In this document: in pieces, positions 13,341-26,204 of the stretch
Layout of the letters: each line of letters begins with the position of its first letter
How positions within the stretch are numbered: position 1 is the stretch's first letter
Source: Pristiophorus japonicus
Lineage: Eukaryota
NCBI RefSeq assembly: GCF_044704955.1
Contig: NC_091983.1
Coordinates: 120,838,001 to 120,902,000, forward strand
Reading direction: 5' to 3'
Length of the DNA stretch: 64,000 nt
The notes under the pieces: model-generated
Told to the model about the DNA's origin: nothing
What the model saw: only the letters and a program-made list of their open reading frames with translations
The model's database searches: none
Program-made: the position numbers and the translations under genes

Positions 13341-16300
13341 GGGGATCTAACTAGAAATGTTTAATTCGATATCGCCGATTTTGAGGCGGTGACACTGGCT
13401 GAGTGCAGATTTTAACAACAGGCGGCATTTGCTGCCTGGAACTGTGAAATTCAGTTTTGCCGCCTGAAAAATGGATTGCAGCATTAAATCCAGGTTTTGC
13501 ACGCTACTCTGGAGGCCATAAACGGCGTTAAGTGGGCCATTAAGTCGGGCAGCAACAGCTGTATTTTTACAAAATTGCCCCGTTTTTGGGTTAATGATTT
13601 GCCACTTACGGCCATGAGCAGCATTTGGAGCTGCTCCACCTGCATTTAATTGAGGCGGTGATTGGGCACCTCACCACTTCGTGGTTATATTCACTTCCTA
13701 CGCACTCAGTCAGACGGTAAAGATGGCAGATGTAGCAGCAGCACGCCAACGTGCTCACCACTTTTCGGACGCCACCATCGATGCACTCCTTCAAGCCCTG
13801 GAGAGGCGTCAGGAACTACTGAGGACAGAGGCTGGGAGGAGGCCACAGCCATAGGTCATTCGACGCCTATGGAGGGAAATGGCTGAAAGAGTGTCAGCGA
13901 GTGACACGGTGCACAGGACAGCCACTCAATGCCGCAAGAAGTGGAACGGCGTGACGTAGCTGCTGAGGCAGAGTATCTAACATTAACCTGACCATGCCAT
14001 GCTGTCAGCTCAATGTGCAGTCTGTCCTCAATGTGAATGTGTCGGGCTCCATGCTCTACATGGGTTAGGTGGGATGCAACGTTCGCATTTGCAGCCTCAC
14101 CCACTCCCAAGGGTCTGCAAGCACTGGAACCTTCCTTGTCCATTCTTTACAACCACCCCTCATTGTGTTACCTCCTCACTCTTCATTTGTGTGTGGAAGA
14201 CGGTAGCCTCACTGTTACTGTTAGGTCCTGGCCCCCTCATTCAAGCATTGGCAAACCAAAGACACGCAGCGAATCTAAGTTTCCTCGACCTGTGAAGACT
14301 CTCATACAGTAACATATACTCAACAATGTAAAGTACTTGGGGCAGATCGACAGAAAGACCGATAGAAAGATGAAAGATGTTCTCTTTAATCTTGTAGGCC
14401 AAGCTCGCCCACAATCAAAGGGAACAGATGAGGACCGGAGGAGGGGACCCTGACCTCCAGCCCATTACTGAGTTGGGAATATCTCAGCTCTGATGGGCCC
14501 TCAAGCTGGTGCGATGGCGGTGGGTGAGGCCGAACCCCCTTGAGACAGTGACAGTATGTTGAATTCCTTTGTAGTGTTTAGCAGGCCATTTAGCGTTGAT
14601 ACCACAATCCTTCAGCTCTTTCCATGAGACTGGCATTTCAAAATGCCTTTCCCGGTCCTGGCCCCCTCCCCTGCAGGTAACCACTCTTCTCTGGCTTTAT
14701 GCTTTCAGATGATCAACCAGATGGACCGGAGCCTGCATGTCAGCTATCGACTGTGAGAGATGTTGTACAGGAGGAGGAGGACACCTTTATGGATGTCACA
14801 CAGGGGGCAGCGGCCTCAGAGAGCGGCTTTTGGGAGGAAGGCCTGGTCGGGGAGGTGGAGGTGGAGGTGGGTGGTGCTCTGGCACCCAGTGGCCTGCAGC
14901 AATGCCACAGGGAAGGGGAAACTCCCCGGAGGGGGAGTGCACGTCCGAGTGATGCTCAGCAGCACTCTGATGATGAGGCCAAATTACGGCTTGTCGCAAG
15001 ACAATCATTGCAGTTGCATCGCGATCTGCTGGGTGCATTGGCAAGGACGCCCGAGAGTCTCAGTGCATTAGCTATGAGGACGGAGGAGTCTTCTCAAGGT
15101 TTGCAGTGCCTCTCAGTAGCTCACCGAGCCCATCCTTGGTAGAGATCAACGGATGTCGGATACAACAAGTGACCATGGGGTCTCAGACATGGTGGCACGG
15201 GCTAAGGCTGACATTGCAGCAGCCATTGAGCACCAGGCCGACGCTATTGGAGGCCTGTATAATATAATGTCGTCAATGCGTGGTGGTATCAATCAGCTCT
15301 GTGGTGTGCTGCAGTCGCAGTCTGTGTTAATGCAAAGGCAAATTGATGCCACGGATGCACAGACTGCTGCCATCGTGTCTGGGGCCCCATCAGTTCAATG
15401 GGGACCTAATGTTGCTGAAACAGGGCAGCAATCTGTGCTCACCCAGATTGCTCCAGATACTGAGGCTCTGCCCCGGGGGAGCAGCAGCGTGTCGGGCCTG
15501 TTGAAACCTGATATCCACTCTCAGGACGACATCTCTGCACCTTTGCACCTGCTGCTTTCTGCAACTGATCCACATCAGAGTGCTGCCGCCCATGCTGAGG
15601 TGATGCAGTCTGCAGCCGGGCCTTCCAGGGCCCGAGCTGGTCGGGGACGTCCTGCTAGACCATCATGTGTGGCAGCGGCTCAAGGTGAAATATTGACTGC
15701 CTGCCTTGCTGCAGGCCCTGAGATCCCAGTGAGGAAGAGCAGTAGGCGTGGGAGAGGGGAGAAGGGAAGGGATGGGAAAGTACTCAGCAAAACCCATTAA
15801 ACAACTGGGGATTGGTGGCCACAGATGCTAGCTTTGTTAAACCTTGTTTAATTCTGAACTTGTGCAAATAGTTTCACTTGGATGAACCAGCAAACAATTG
15901 TTTGATAGTCGCCAGAGATGGTTACTTTGTTGGAAAATGAACTCATGTAAATCGTTGCACTTGGATGTCGCTGGGAATGTTTGAAGGGGTCTTATGGGTT
16001 TGATTATTTGCTGAGGATAATGTTGTTTTATTTGACAGCACATTATGGTTTTTCTATTAAATAAATAAAATTTTGATTTTTGAAGTCTTTGCGGCAGGAC
16101 AATGTGGTGTACCATCACGGTCCCCATTGAGTTGCAGAGGTAACAACAAGATACGAGTTGCCAATGTCAACAACCTGAAGCCCACCAATGTTTGGGAATC
16201 CTAGTAGTCAAGCTGAGTAATCAGCAGACACAGCACGCCAACATCTACGTATTGTGCGAGGACCAAACGCTGCACTGACCGCGACCTCTGTGCCCCGGCT

Positions 16301-16583
16301 GCAACACCATTTAAATGCTGCCCCGGAATCCTAAGCAGCCTCGTGAACACCAACTTTTTGTGGCAGGTTGGCCGCCAGCCAGAAAGTGAGGCGGCAAAAG
16401 TGAATTTGGCGAGAAGCCATGATTTCCATGGCGGTAGTCTGTGGTGGCTGCAATTCTTTATGCCCTTGAAAAACTAGAACCGAATTTCGCACCAGGCATC
16501 AACACCATCGCGAAGGCGCTGACGTCCAGTCAACGCCTACTGCCGGCATGATCAGCTGGCGTTAGCAACCAAATTTCAGCCCC
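13341..16583 (+). mobile_element. PIF/Harbinger non-autonomous element carrying a Myb/SANT gene
   Basis: Right terminus CAAATTTCAGCCCC followed by TAA. Contains a multi-exon Myb/SANT gene and no transposase core. Left end approximate. Confidence 0.65.
13723..15800 (+). pseudogene. Harbinger Myb/SANT-like DNA-binding protein, three exons (~13723-13967, ~14398-14546, ~14709-15800), disrupted
   Basis: Exon 1 MADVAAARQRAHHFSDATIDALLQALERRQELL...*VIRRLWREMAERVS...RTATQCRKKWN. Exon 2 follows a TTGTAG acceptor: AKLAHNQREQMRTGGGDP. Exon 3 follows a TTTCAG acceptor and is low complexity. AATAAA near 16060. Confidence 0.75.
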
Positions 16584-16844
16584 TAAGTTTCACATTGTTG
16601 TCAAAATTGGAACTAATAATAATTATGTGGTAAGACTAGAATTTGGATTTTAGAGATATGGGAAGATAAATTGGGAATCTATACTTAAAAATACAATAGA
16701 AGAAAATGCAATATATTTAAAGCTATTATAAAGGACAAGGAAAAAAGTACATCTTATTTAAAAAGCAGGTACATATATCAGGACTATTGTGGTTTAATAA
16801 GGAGCTTAGAAATAACCTCAAAATCATGCAGAAATACTTTCAAA

Positions 16845-18003
16845 CAGGGCTGCGTCATCACCCCAACCCTCTTCTCAATCTTCCTCGCTGCCATGCTCCA
16901 CCTCACAGTCAACAAGCTCCCTGTTGGAGTGGAACTAAACTACAGAACCAGTGGGAATCTGTTCAACCTTCGTCATCACCAGGCCTGGTCCAAGACCACC
17001 TCAATCTCGGTCGTCGAGCTACAGTACGCGGATGACGCCTGCGTCTGTGCACAGAGGCTGAACTCCAAGTCATAGTCAATGTATTTACTGAGGCGTACGA
17101 AAGCATGGGCCTTACGCTAAACATCCGTAAGACAAAGGTCCTCAACCAGCCTGTCCTCGTCGCACAGCATTGCCCCCCAGTCATCAAGATCCACGGCGCT
17201 GCCCTGGACAAAGCGGACCATTTCCCATACCTCGGGAACTTCTTATCAACAAGAGCAAACATTGATGATGAGGTTCAATACTGCCTCCAGTGCACCAGCG
17301 CAGCCTTCGGCCACCTGAGGAAAAGAGTGTTTGAAGACCAGGCCCTCAAATCTGCCACCAAGCTCATGGTCTACTGAACTGTAGTAATACCCGCCCTCCT
17401 GTATGGCTCAGAGACTTGGACCATGTACAGTAGACACCTCAAGTCGCTGGAGAAATACACCAACGATGTCTCCGCAAGATCTTACAAATCCCCTGGGAGG
17501 ACAGACGCACCAACGTTAGAGTCCTCAACTAAGCCAACATCCCCAACATTAAAGCACTGACCACACTTGATCAGCTCTGCTGGGCATTCCATATTGTTCC
17601 CAAAGCAAGCGCTCTGCTCAGAACTCCTTCAAGGCTAACGAGCAAAAGGTGGGCAGAGGAAATGTTATAAGGACACTCAAAACCTCCCTGAAAAAGTGCA
17701 ACATCCCACTGAGACCTGCGAGTCCCTGACCAAAGACCGTCCTAAGTGGAGGAAGTACATCGAAAAGGGCGCGAAGCACCTCGAGTCTCATCGCCGAGAG
17801 CATGCAGAAATCAAGCACAGACAGCGGAAAGAGTGTGCGGCAAACCAGTCCCACCCACGCTTTCCCTCAATGACTATCTGCCCCACCTGTGACAGGGACT
17901 GTGGTTCTCATATTGGACTGTACAGCCACCTGAGGATCATTTTGAGAGTGGAAGCAAGTCTTCCTCGATTTCGAGGGACTGCCTATGATGATGATGATGA
18001 TGA
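16845..18003 (+). mobile_element. 5'-truncated RTE-clade LINE with (GAT)n tail
   Basis: ELQYADDA reverse-transcriptase motif, GLTLNIRKTKV, FPYLG and a CPTCDRDCGSHIGLYSH zinc finger, ending GGGACTGCCTATGATGATG. Flanked by 53-bp direct repeats. Confidence 0.92.
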
Positions 18004-19560
18004 GTTTAATAAGGAGCCTAGAAATAACCTCAAAATCAGGCAGAAATACTTTCAAAGATTCAATGAAACAAAAGATACGGAGCGTTGGGATCCCAACAAA
18101 AGGCAACTTAGGATACCCGATAAAGTATTTGAAAAAGTAAAAATTATTTAATTTTAAAGGAAATCAAACAACAGTGAGGGTACAAACTTGGTAAAAGTCA
18201 AGACCTGCCCAAGTGCCACCCAAAGGACCACCGAGAGACTGGCAGAGATTCCTCTAAAGGATATGACAGTACTGCCCAGCGGCAAAATACCGACTTACGG
18301 CATGAATCTGGGAGGCAGCAGGCGGGAGTTCCAAATCTCGGCGGAAAATGCGATCCTCGCCAAAGTGCCGCCGAGGATTGAGTCGGGCCCAGAGAGGAGG
18401 GAACACTTAAAAATAAAAACATCCACGAAGAAAAAAAAACACTGGAACACCTTCTGGGGACCCCATACTCAGAAATCGCTGACATTTTAAAAAAAAGTTT
18501 GATACCTTTTTTTGCAGGTCTTCGTACTTACCGTTGGGGTTAGACCTGCCTCCATGTCTTTCTCCCTGTTGCCGCCGACTCCCGCCCGCACCAATTTGGC
18601 AGCTCGGCAAGCGGGAGGTCACTTACGTGACTTGCTCACCAGCGGCTGTTAGTGGGCGGTTGCCAGCGGTACTCCCCTCCCGCCGGCGGGAGACCCAAGA
18701 GGAATCTGTCAACGAAGGGAGACCACCCAAAAGACAAATTACAATCACAGTAAATGGGGCTAAGTGCTCTACCACACAAAATGAAGTTAGTAAAATTTGT
18801 GATGTTTAGAAATTGAAAGGATTGAATATCCACAAGGTACTTGGATCTGCTGGGATACATCCTAGAATTCTCATGGAATTAAAGGAGGAAATTATTGATG
18901 TGTTGATTGATATTTTTCAGAGTTCTATAATTAAGTACCTGTAGTACTTGAGGACTAGACATTAACAAATCTAGCTGGAATATTCAACAACGGAGGAAGC
19001 CATGAGCTTGGAAGTCACAGGCCAATTACCCTAACATTCATAATGGTAAAAATAAATGAAACTTCAAAAATCCAGCGAACTGCTCCTTCTAACTGTGTCT
19101 ACTCTGATACTCTTCTCACCATCCATTGTTCCAAAACTATTCTGCTCAGAATAGACTGAAGTTGAGACACAGCTTCCTACACCTCATCAACTATCTTGAT
19201 TCCAGAGTGAAACAGTGGAGAATTAAAACCTGAAGAACACATCTACAGTTTAAGTCACATCGCCCGGATATCAAACCCGATGTGCAGCTTCTAGCTGGAG
19301 CCTCTGAACCTTTGGCCAATCTGGCAATGCCTCAATCAATTATGCACTGGTACTGGTTGTTGAAAAGCAATGATGCAGGAATTGAGTTATAATGACAGTA
19401 ACTCAGTGATGTGCGACTATGATGATGAGCTGCAAACGATGCACCATCTGCTCCACTGCCAACTCCTGTCTGAGTCCTGTAAAGTTACTGATTGCCAAAT
19501 GTAATGATAATGCCAAGGCATATGTAGCTTTGTGGCAGGGAAGAAAGAGTATGAAGAAAC

Positions 19561-19766
19561 TGTTGTGTATCTGTAAAGCATGCACTCCCATGTTCTGCCA
19601 CAAGGGAGCTCATCCCCTGAAGTCCCAGCATCCCTTGGGAGCACTGTATATAAGCCGGCCCGTAAGGCCTGTTCCTCACTCTGGAGTGTCTTATTAAAGA
19701 TTGTTTATTAAACACTGTTACTTTAACCTCCCTGTGTGCAGCCTCATCTGTGTTAGGAACACAATA
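19561..19766 (+). repeat. 5' LTR of Gypsy element 1
   Basis: Direct repeat of 23927-24134 with TATATAAG and ATTAAA signals. Confidence 0.95.
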
Positions 19767-19768
19767 AC

Positions 19769-19778
19769 TGGCGACGAG
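19769..19778 (+). promoter_or_regulatory. Primer-binding site complementary to the tRNA-Ser(GCU) 3' end
   Basis: TGGCGACGAG pairs with ...CUCGUCGCCA. The same motif follows the 5' LTRs at 34500 and 50361. Confidence 0.75.
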
Positions 19779-19798
19779 AATACAAATCCAACGCAAAG

Positions 19799-22700
19799 AT
19801 GCAGCAAACTGTGGGCATCCTGGAGAAATTCTTGGAGGGTGAGGACTGGGAAGCCTATGTCGAACGGCTAGACCAGTACTTTGTAGCCAACGAGCTGGAT
19901 GGAGAAGGAAGCACAAAAGGAGAGCGGTCCTCCTCACGGTCTGCGGGGCACCGACCTACAGCCTCATGAAGAATCTTCTGGCTCCGGTGAAACCCACAGA
20001 TAAGTTGTATGAGGAGCTGTGTACACTGGTTCGGGAGCATCTTAACCCGAGGGAGAGTGTGCTGATGGCAAGGTATCGGTTCTATACGTGCCAGCGATCT
20101 GAAGGTCAGGAAGTGGCGAGCTACGTCGCCGAGCTAAGGCGACTTGCAGGACAATGTGAGTTTGATGGCTACCTGGAGCAAATGCTCAGAGACTTTTTTG
20201 TACTGGGCATTGGCCATCAGACCATCCCATGAAAACTTTTGACTGTAGAGACACCGACCCGCAGTAAGGCCATTGCGATAGCACAGGCGTTTATGTCCAC
20301 CAGTGATAACACCAAACAAATCTCTCAGCACACAAGTGCTAGCAATATTCACAAATTAACTGGAACTGTGTTTGCGAGCAGAAATGTACAGGGCAGAACC
20401 CACGAGTCTGCAACTGCCAGCAGGCCTCAGGTGACCCAAATGACTCAGAGTCCCCAACAAAGGATGAATGCAAGGCAATTCACACCTTGTTGGCGTTGTG
20501 GAGGCTTCCATTCAGCCTATTCATGCTGCTTCAAAGGGTATGTTTGCAAGAGCTGTGGAACAATGGGGCACCTCCAACGAGCTTGCAAACGAGCTGCAAG
20601 CTCTGCAAAACCTGCTAACCACCACGTGGCAGAGGAAGATCGGTCCATGGTGGATTGAAGCAATTTCGAGCCTGAGAGAGAGGAGGCAGATGCTGAAGTA
20701 CATGGGGTGCACACATTTTCGACGAAATGTCCACCTATAATGCTAAACGTAAAATGAATAGCTTACCCGGAGCCATGGAACTGGACGCTGGCGCTAGCCA
20801 ATCCATCATGAGTAAAAAGATGTTTCAGAGACTGTGGTGCAACAAGGCATTCAGACCAGCCCTGAGCCCCATCCACACAAAACTGAGAACATACACCAAA
20901 GAGCTTATCACAGTCCTGGGCAGCACCATGGCCAAGGTCACCTACGAGGGCACGGTGCACAAACTGCCACTCTGGATTGTCCCGGACGATGGCTCCACAC
21001 TGCTTGGAGGAAGGTGGCTGGGCAAAATCCGCTGGAACTGGGATGACATCCGAGCGCTATCACATGTCGATGAGGCCTCATGTACCCAGGTTCTAAACAA
21101 ATTTCCTTCCCTTTTTGAGCCAGGCATTGGAAACTTTTCCGGGGTGAAGGTGCAGATCCACTTGGTCCCAAAGGCACGACCCATTCACCACAAGGCGCGA
21201 GCAGTATCTCACATGATGCGGGAGAGAGTGGAAATCGAGCTGGACAGACTGCAATGCGAAGGCATCATCTCCCTCGTGGAATTCAGCGAGTGGCCAGCCC
21301 GATAGCTCCAGTACTCAAAAGTGATGGCACGGTCAGGATTTGTGGCGATTATAAAGTAACTATTAATCGTTTCTCGCTACAGGACCAATACCCGCTACCT
21401 AAGGCAGATGACCTATTTACGACGCTGGCAGGAGGCAGGACGTTCACCAAGCTCGACCTGATTTTGGCCTACATGACGCAGGAGCTGGAGGAGTCTTCAA
21501 AGGGCCTCATCTGCATCAACAAGGGACTGTTCATCTACAACAGATGCCCGTTTGAAATTCGGTCGGCTGCAGCGATCTTCCAGAGAAACATGGAGAGCCT
21601 ACTCAAATCGATACCACACACGGTGGTCTTTCACGACGACATATTGGTCATGGGTCGAGACACCGCCGAGCACCTACAAAACCTGGAGGAGGTCCTCCAG
21701 CGACTGGATCGCATAGGGCTGTGGCTGAAGAGGTCAAAATGCGTCTTCATGGCAATGGAAGTGGAGTTTTTGGGGAGAAAGATCGCGGCGGACGGCATTC
21801 AGCCCACAGACGCCAAGACAGAGGCTATCAGGAATGCGCCCAGGCCACAGAACAGCTGCGGTCCTTCCTGGGACTCCTCAACTATTTTGGTAGCTTCCTA
21901 CCGGGGTTAAGCACCCTTTTAGAGCCTCAACATGTGTTATTGCGCAAAGGTGAGAACTGGGTATGGGAAAAAAACCAAGTAATTGCTTTTGAGAAAGCCA
22001 GAAACATTTTATGCTCCAACAAGCTGCTTGTATTGTATCACCCGTGTAAAAGACTTGTGCTAGCATGTGACGCGTTGTCATATAGAGTCGGGTGTGTATT
22101 AATTACAACAGCTAACGTTGCGGGGAAGTTGCAACCTGTCGCCTATGCTTCCAGGAGCTTGTCTAAGGCCGAGAGGACCAACAGCATGATTGAGAAAGAG
22201 GCATTAGCGTGTGTGTTCGGGGTAAAGAAAATGCATCAGTGCCTGTTTGGCCTCAAATTTGAGCTAGAAACCGATCACAAACTCCTCACAATCCTGTTCG
22301 CTGAAAAAAAGGGGATAAATACTAATGCCTCAGCCCGCATACAACGTATAACCTATCAGCGTATAACTATACCATCCGCCACAGGCCAGGCACCGAGAAC
22401 TGTGCGGATGCTCTCAGTCGGCTACCATTGCCCACCACGGTGGTGGAAATGGCGCAGCCTGCAAACTTGTTGATGGTGGCAAAGCACACAGACTTGTTGA
22501 TGGTCATGGAAGCTTTTGAAAATGATAAATCACCTGTCAAGGCCCGCCAGATTAGGACTTGGACCAGCAAAGATCTTCTGCTGTCCCTAGTAAAAAACTG
22601 TGTACTGCATGGGAGCTGGGCCAGCATCCCCATTGAAATGCAAGAGCCAATCAAGCTGTTCCTGCGGCGAAAGGACGAGCTGTCCATTCAGGCAGACTGC

Positions 22701-23893
22701 CTATTGTGGGGTAACCGCGTAGTGCTACCAAAAAAGGGCAGGGAGACGTTCATCTCGGATCTCCACAGCACACACCCGGATATAGTAATGATGAAAGCAA
22801 TAGCCAGATCCCACGTGTGGTGGCCCGGTATCGACTCTGACTTAGAGTCCTGTGTACGGCAATGCAGTGTGTGTGCTCAGTTGAGCAACGCGCCCAGAGA
22901 GGCACCACTAAGTTTGTGGTCCTGGCCCTCCAGACCATGGTCGAGGATCCATGTCGACTATGCGGGCCTGTTTCTCGGTAAAATGTTCCTGGTGGTGGTG
23001 GATGCTTTTTCAAAATGGATTGAACGTGAAATAATGTTGGGAAGCACAGTCACCACCACCATTGAAAGCCTGAGGGCCATGTTTGTCACCCACGGCCAGC
23101 CTGACATACTGGTCAGTGACAACGGGCCATGTTTCACCAGTGCCGAATTTAAAGAATTCATGACCTGCAATGGGATCAAACATGTCACCTCGGCCCCGTT
23201 TAAACCAGCCTCCAATGGGCAGGCAGAGTGGGCTGCACAAACCAGCAAACAGAGCCTTAAATGGGTCACAGAAGGCTCACTCCAAACCCGCCTGTCCCAA
23301 TTACTGCTCAGCTACCGCACGAGACCCCACTCGCTGACAGGGATGCCCCCGGCTGAGCTATTCATGAAAAGGACACTTAAAACCAGACTCTCGCTGGTTC
23401 ACCCCAACCTGCATGATCAGGTAGAGAGCAGACGGCAGTAACAAAATGTAAACGATGGTCGCACCACTGTGTCACGGGAAATTGATCTGAATGAGCCTGT
23501 GTATGTGCTAAACAATGGACGTGGTCCCAAGTGGATCACGGGCACGGTGATAACTAAAGAAGGGTGTTTGTAGTCAAACTCGACAATGGACAAATTTGCA
23601 GAAAGCACCTGGACCAAACGAGCATGTGGTTCACAGACTGCCTTGAACAACCCACAGCAGATACCACCTTTATCAAGCCCACAACACACACCCAAAGGAT
23701 CAACGTCACCACTCCGGACCAGGAAATCAAACCCATCCCGCCCAACAGCCCAGCAAGGCCAGGCTCACCTAGCAGCCCTGCAGGGCCAACAACACGTCAG
23801 TCCAGCGAGGGCACAGCCAACACACCAGAACAGACATTTGTACCGAGGCGGTCCACCAGGGAAAGAAAGGCTCCCGACCGCCTCACCTTGTAA
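19799..23893 (+). pseudogene. Gypsy gag-pol polyprotein, frameshifted and with stops
   Basis: Gag with two zinc knuckles (CWRCGGFHSAYSC, CKSCGTMGHLQRAC), protease MELDAGAS, RT VRICGDYK...FHDDIL, RNase H LACDALSY...FELETDHK, integrase HHCC plus RIHVDYAG...LVSDNG...SNGQAE. Confidence 0.95.
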
Positions 23894-23926
23894 ATAGTTT
23901 TCACTTTGACTTTGAGGGAGGAGTGA

Positions 23927-24134
23927 TGTTGTGTATCTGTAAAGCATGCACTCCCATGTTCCGCCACCAGGGAGCTCATCCCCTGAAGTCCCAAGGGATC
24001 CCAGCATATGGGAGTACTATATATAAGCCGGCCCCTAAGGCCTGTTCCTCACTCTGGAGTGTCTTATTAAAGACTGAGGTCACTGTTACTTTAACCTCCC
24101 TGTGTGCAGCCTCATCTGTGTTAGGAACACAATA
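23927..24134 (+). repeat. 3' LTR of Gypsy element 1
   Basis: Direct repeat of 19561-19766, preceded by a polypurine tract. Confidence 0.95.
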
Positions 24135-24521
24135 AAAACACTCTTCAGGTGTTCATTTGTAGCATCGACAGGATGTGAGAAATGAACACCTGAAGAGCAC
24201 AAGTCTTATAAAAAGCAGATAGCAGGATTTTCAAAGCCAAAAGTCATGCTGTAAATATCTATTGGAGGTAACTAGCTAATGGGTGAGTGTAAACCACTAA
24301 ATATAGCTTATTTGGATTTTCAAAAGGAAATCGATAAAGTTCTTCAAGTGTTCTAGTGGTAAAGGTTAATGCTTATGGAATAAGCAACGAATTGTTTGGA
24401 TGAATTGAGAAATGACTTAGCAGCAAAAATCAGAGGAATGGAGATAAAACAAAATACTTTGCTTGGGAAAAAGTAACCAGTGGTGTTCTACAGGGATATG
24501 TCTGTGAATTTTCCTCATACA

Positions 24522-25686
24522 GGCCCGGATTTTCCTGGGCCTATGACCACGAACGCACCCCCACAAGTTCTGGGGTTCCACATGCATGAAAACCCGGAAC
24601 TTGCGATCTGTCAGGAATCTTCTTGACAGATCATCCGCATCCCCAAGAAATGGACATTCACGATCGGAGAGTTGGGCTATTTGCCCAACGAATTCCCATG
24701 AAACTGTTATGCGTGGTAAAGCAGGCATAAGGCCTTTTTTTTAAATCAGATTAAGTGTTTAAATAAATATTAAAATCATTTAAAAAAATCATTTTAACAT
24801 TCAAAAAGCTGGAAAATAAGTTTAAGTTATTTTTGGCCCCTTGAAAAATGTTTATATTGGCTCTAAAATTCCGGTCGGAGAGAGTTTTTCCAAAATTACC
24901 TGGTGGTCCCAGAGGCACCCCGGATCCCGGTGGATGCCTCTGTGAAGCGCGCTCCTGTCCTCAAGGATCCCACACAGAATGTGCAGTCATGTGTGACTGC
25001 TCAACCAATCAGGTACAGTATTCTCAATTAATAGCAATGGGAACTCCATATCTACGAGTTCTCATTGTTTTTTTTTCTCAATTAATAGCAAACATAATGA
25101 CACCAAATAAAAAATAAAACTCACACCTCACATAATTAAAATTAATTGAAATTAAAGTTAATAAATATCTTTGAGAAATATTTTTTTTCTGACTTTTTAA
25201 AAATTAAATGTGTATTTTAAATTTTATATTCCTGTTTTAAGTGTGCTTTAAGACTTTTATGCCTGTGAAAGTAGGCTATGCGCCTGCTTTTATCAGGTGC
25301 AAGAGTTTTGAGGACATTTTCTGAGCATGATATGGGTAAATACCACAATCGTGCCCTTGCAAATGTCCTCTCTCCCGATATGCGGATGACCTGTCAAGCT
25401 GTAATTTTATTTTATTTAAGTGTTGCATACATGTATTTTTTGGGTGATTTCTATTATGCTTATGGGATTCTGTACGTAATTGGAATCCCCATAAGCATAA
25501 TGTGAATCCCCTTTCTGATTGGTTGGGCCGGGCCATGTGATCCCAGGGGCGCCTTTAAGCAGGCCGATGCCTGCAGGCCCAGGAGCGAGAGTCTCCGTGG
25601 ATCCAGGACCATTGGGTAGGTTCGTAGTTTTATTGTGGTTCGGAGGCATCTGCCCACGGGAATCCTCCGACTGCAAATTCTAGCCC
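24522..25686. mobile_element. Harbinger-type MITE with a nested relative starting ~24859
   Basis: Its ends are reverse-complement homologues of those of 30318-31844 (GGGCTAGAATTTGCAGTCGGAGG versus GGGGTAGAAATTGCAGCCGGAGG). Confidence 0.65.
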
Positions 25687-25790
25687 ACTATCCATGAATG
25701 ACATGGAACAGGGTGTCCACAGTAGTACTACATTATTAAATTTACTGTGGACAAGTAATAAGTAGAAAAGAGATTGACTATCTTCAGAGA

Positions 25791-26204
25791 GACTTGAAAT
25801 TGCCCTGTGCCCCGATTGGGTGCGGTTAGCTGCTCTGGGGGGGGGACTTCCTGTGCCCGGTGCAGATGTCCTGCCCCAGCTGCTGAATTGGGCTTACCGT
25901 CCCTCAACGGGGCATGATCGGCAGCACTACACAGATGCTTAAAGCGACCTGTGAAGCATACGTCGATACCCGCTCGTGCCCGCCTCGCGGGCTGCGGGGC
26001 AATTTCCTCCATTGGGCGGTAATGGGTCAGCGTGCACGCCAATGACGTCATCGCCGGTTATGTCGTGGCGTGAATCGCTACCCTTGGGGCACGGTTGTGC
26101 CTTGAAAGCGTCTCCGCAAGCTCTCGGCTATTTCCCAGCAGCCGACAGAAACCCCCAATCCCCGGAGGCGCAAACGTACCTCTCACAAAGGGGTAATTTC
26201 ACCC
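25791..26204. mobile_element. GC-rich MITE inserted in the old CR1
   Basis: Inverted termini GACTTGAAATTGCCC ... GGGGTAATTTCACCC. Confidence 0.5.

Larger units (their letters stand above)
19561..24134 (+). mobile_element. Full-length Ty3/Gypsy (Mag-clade-like) LTR retrotransposon, decayed
   Basis: LTRs 19561-19766 and 23927-24134 (TGTTGTGT...ACACAATA), TSD GAAAC/AAAAC, primer-binding site at 19769, polypurine tract GAGGGAGGAGTGA, and domain order gag-PR-RT-RH-IN. Confidence 0.97.
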
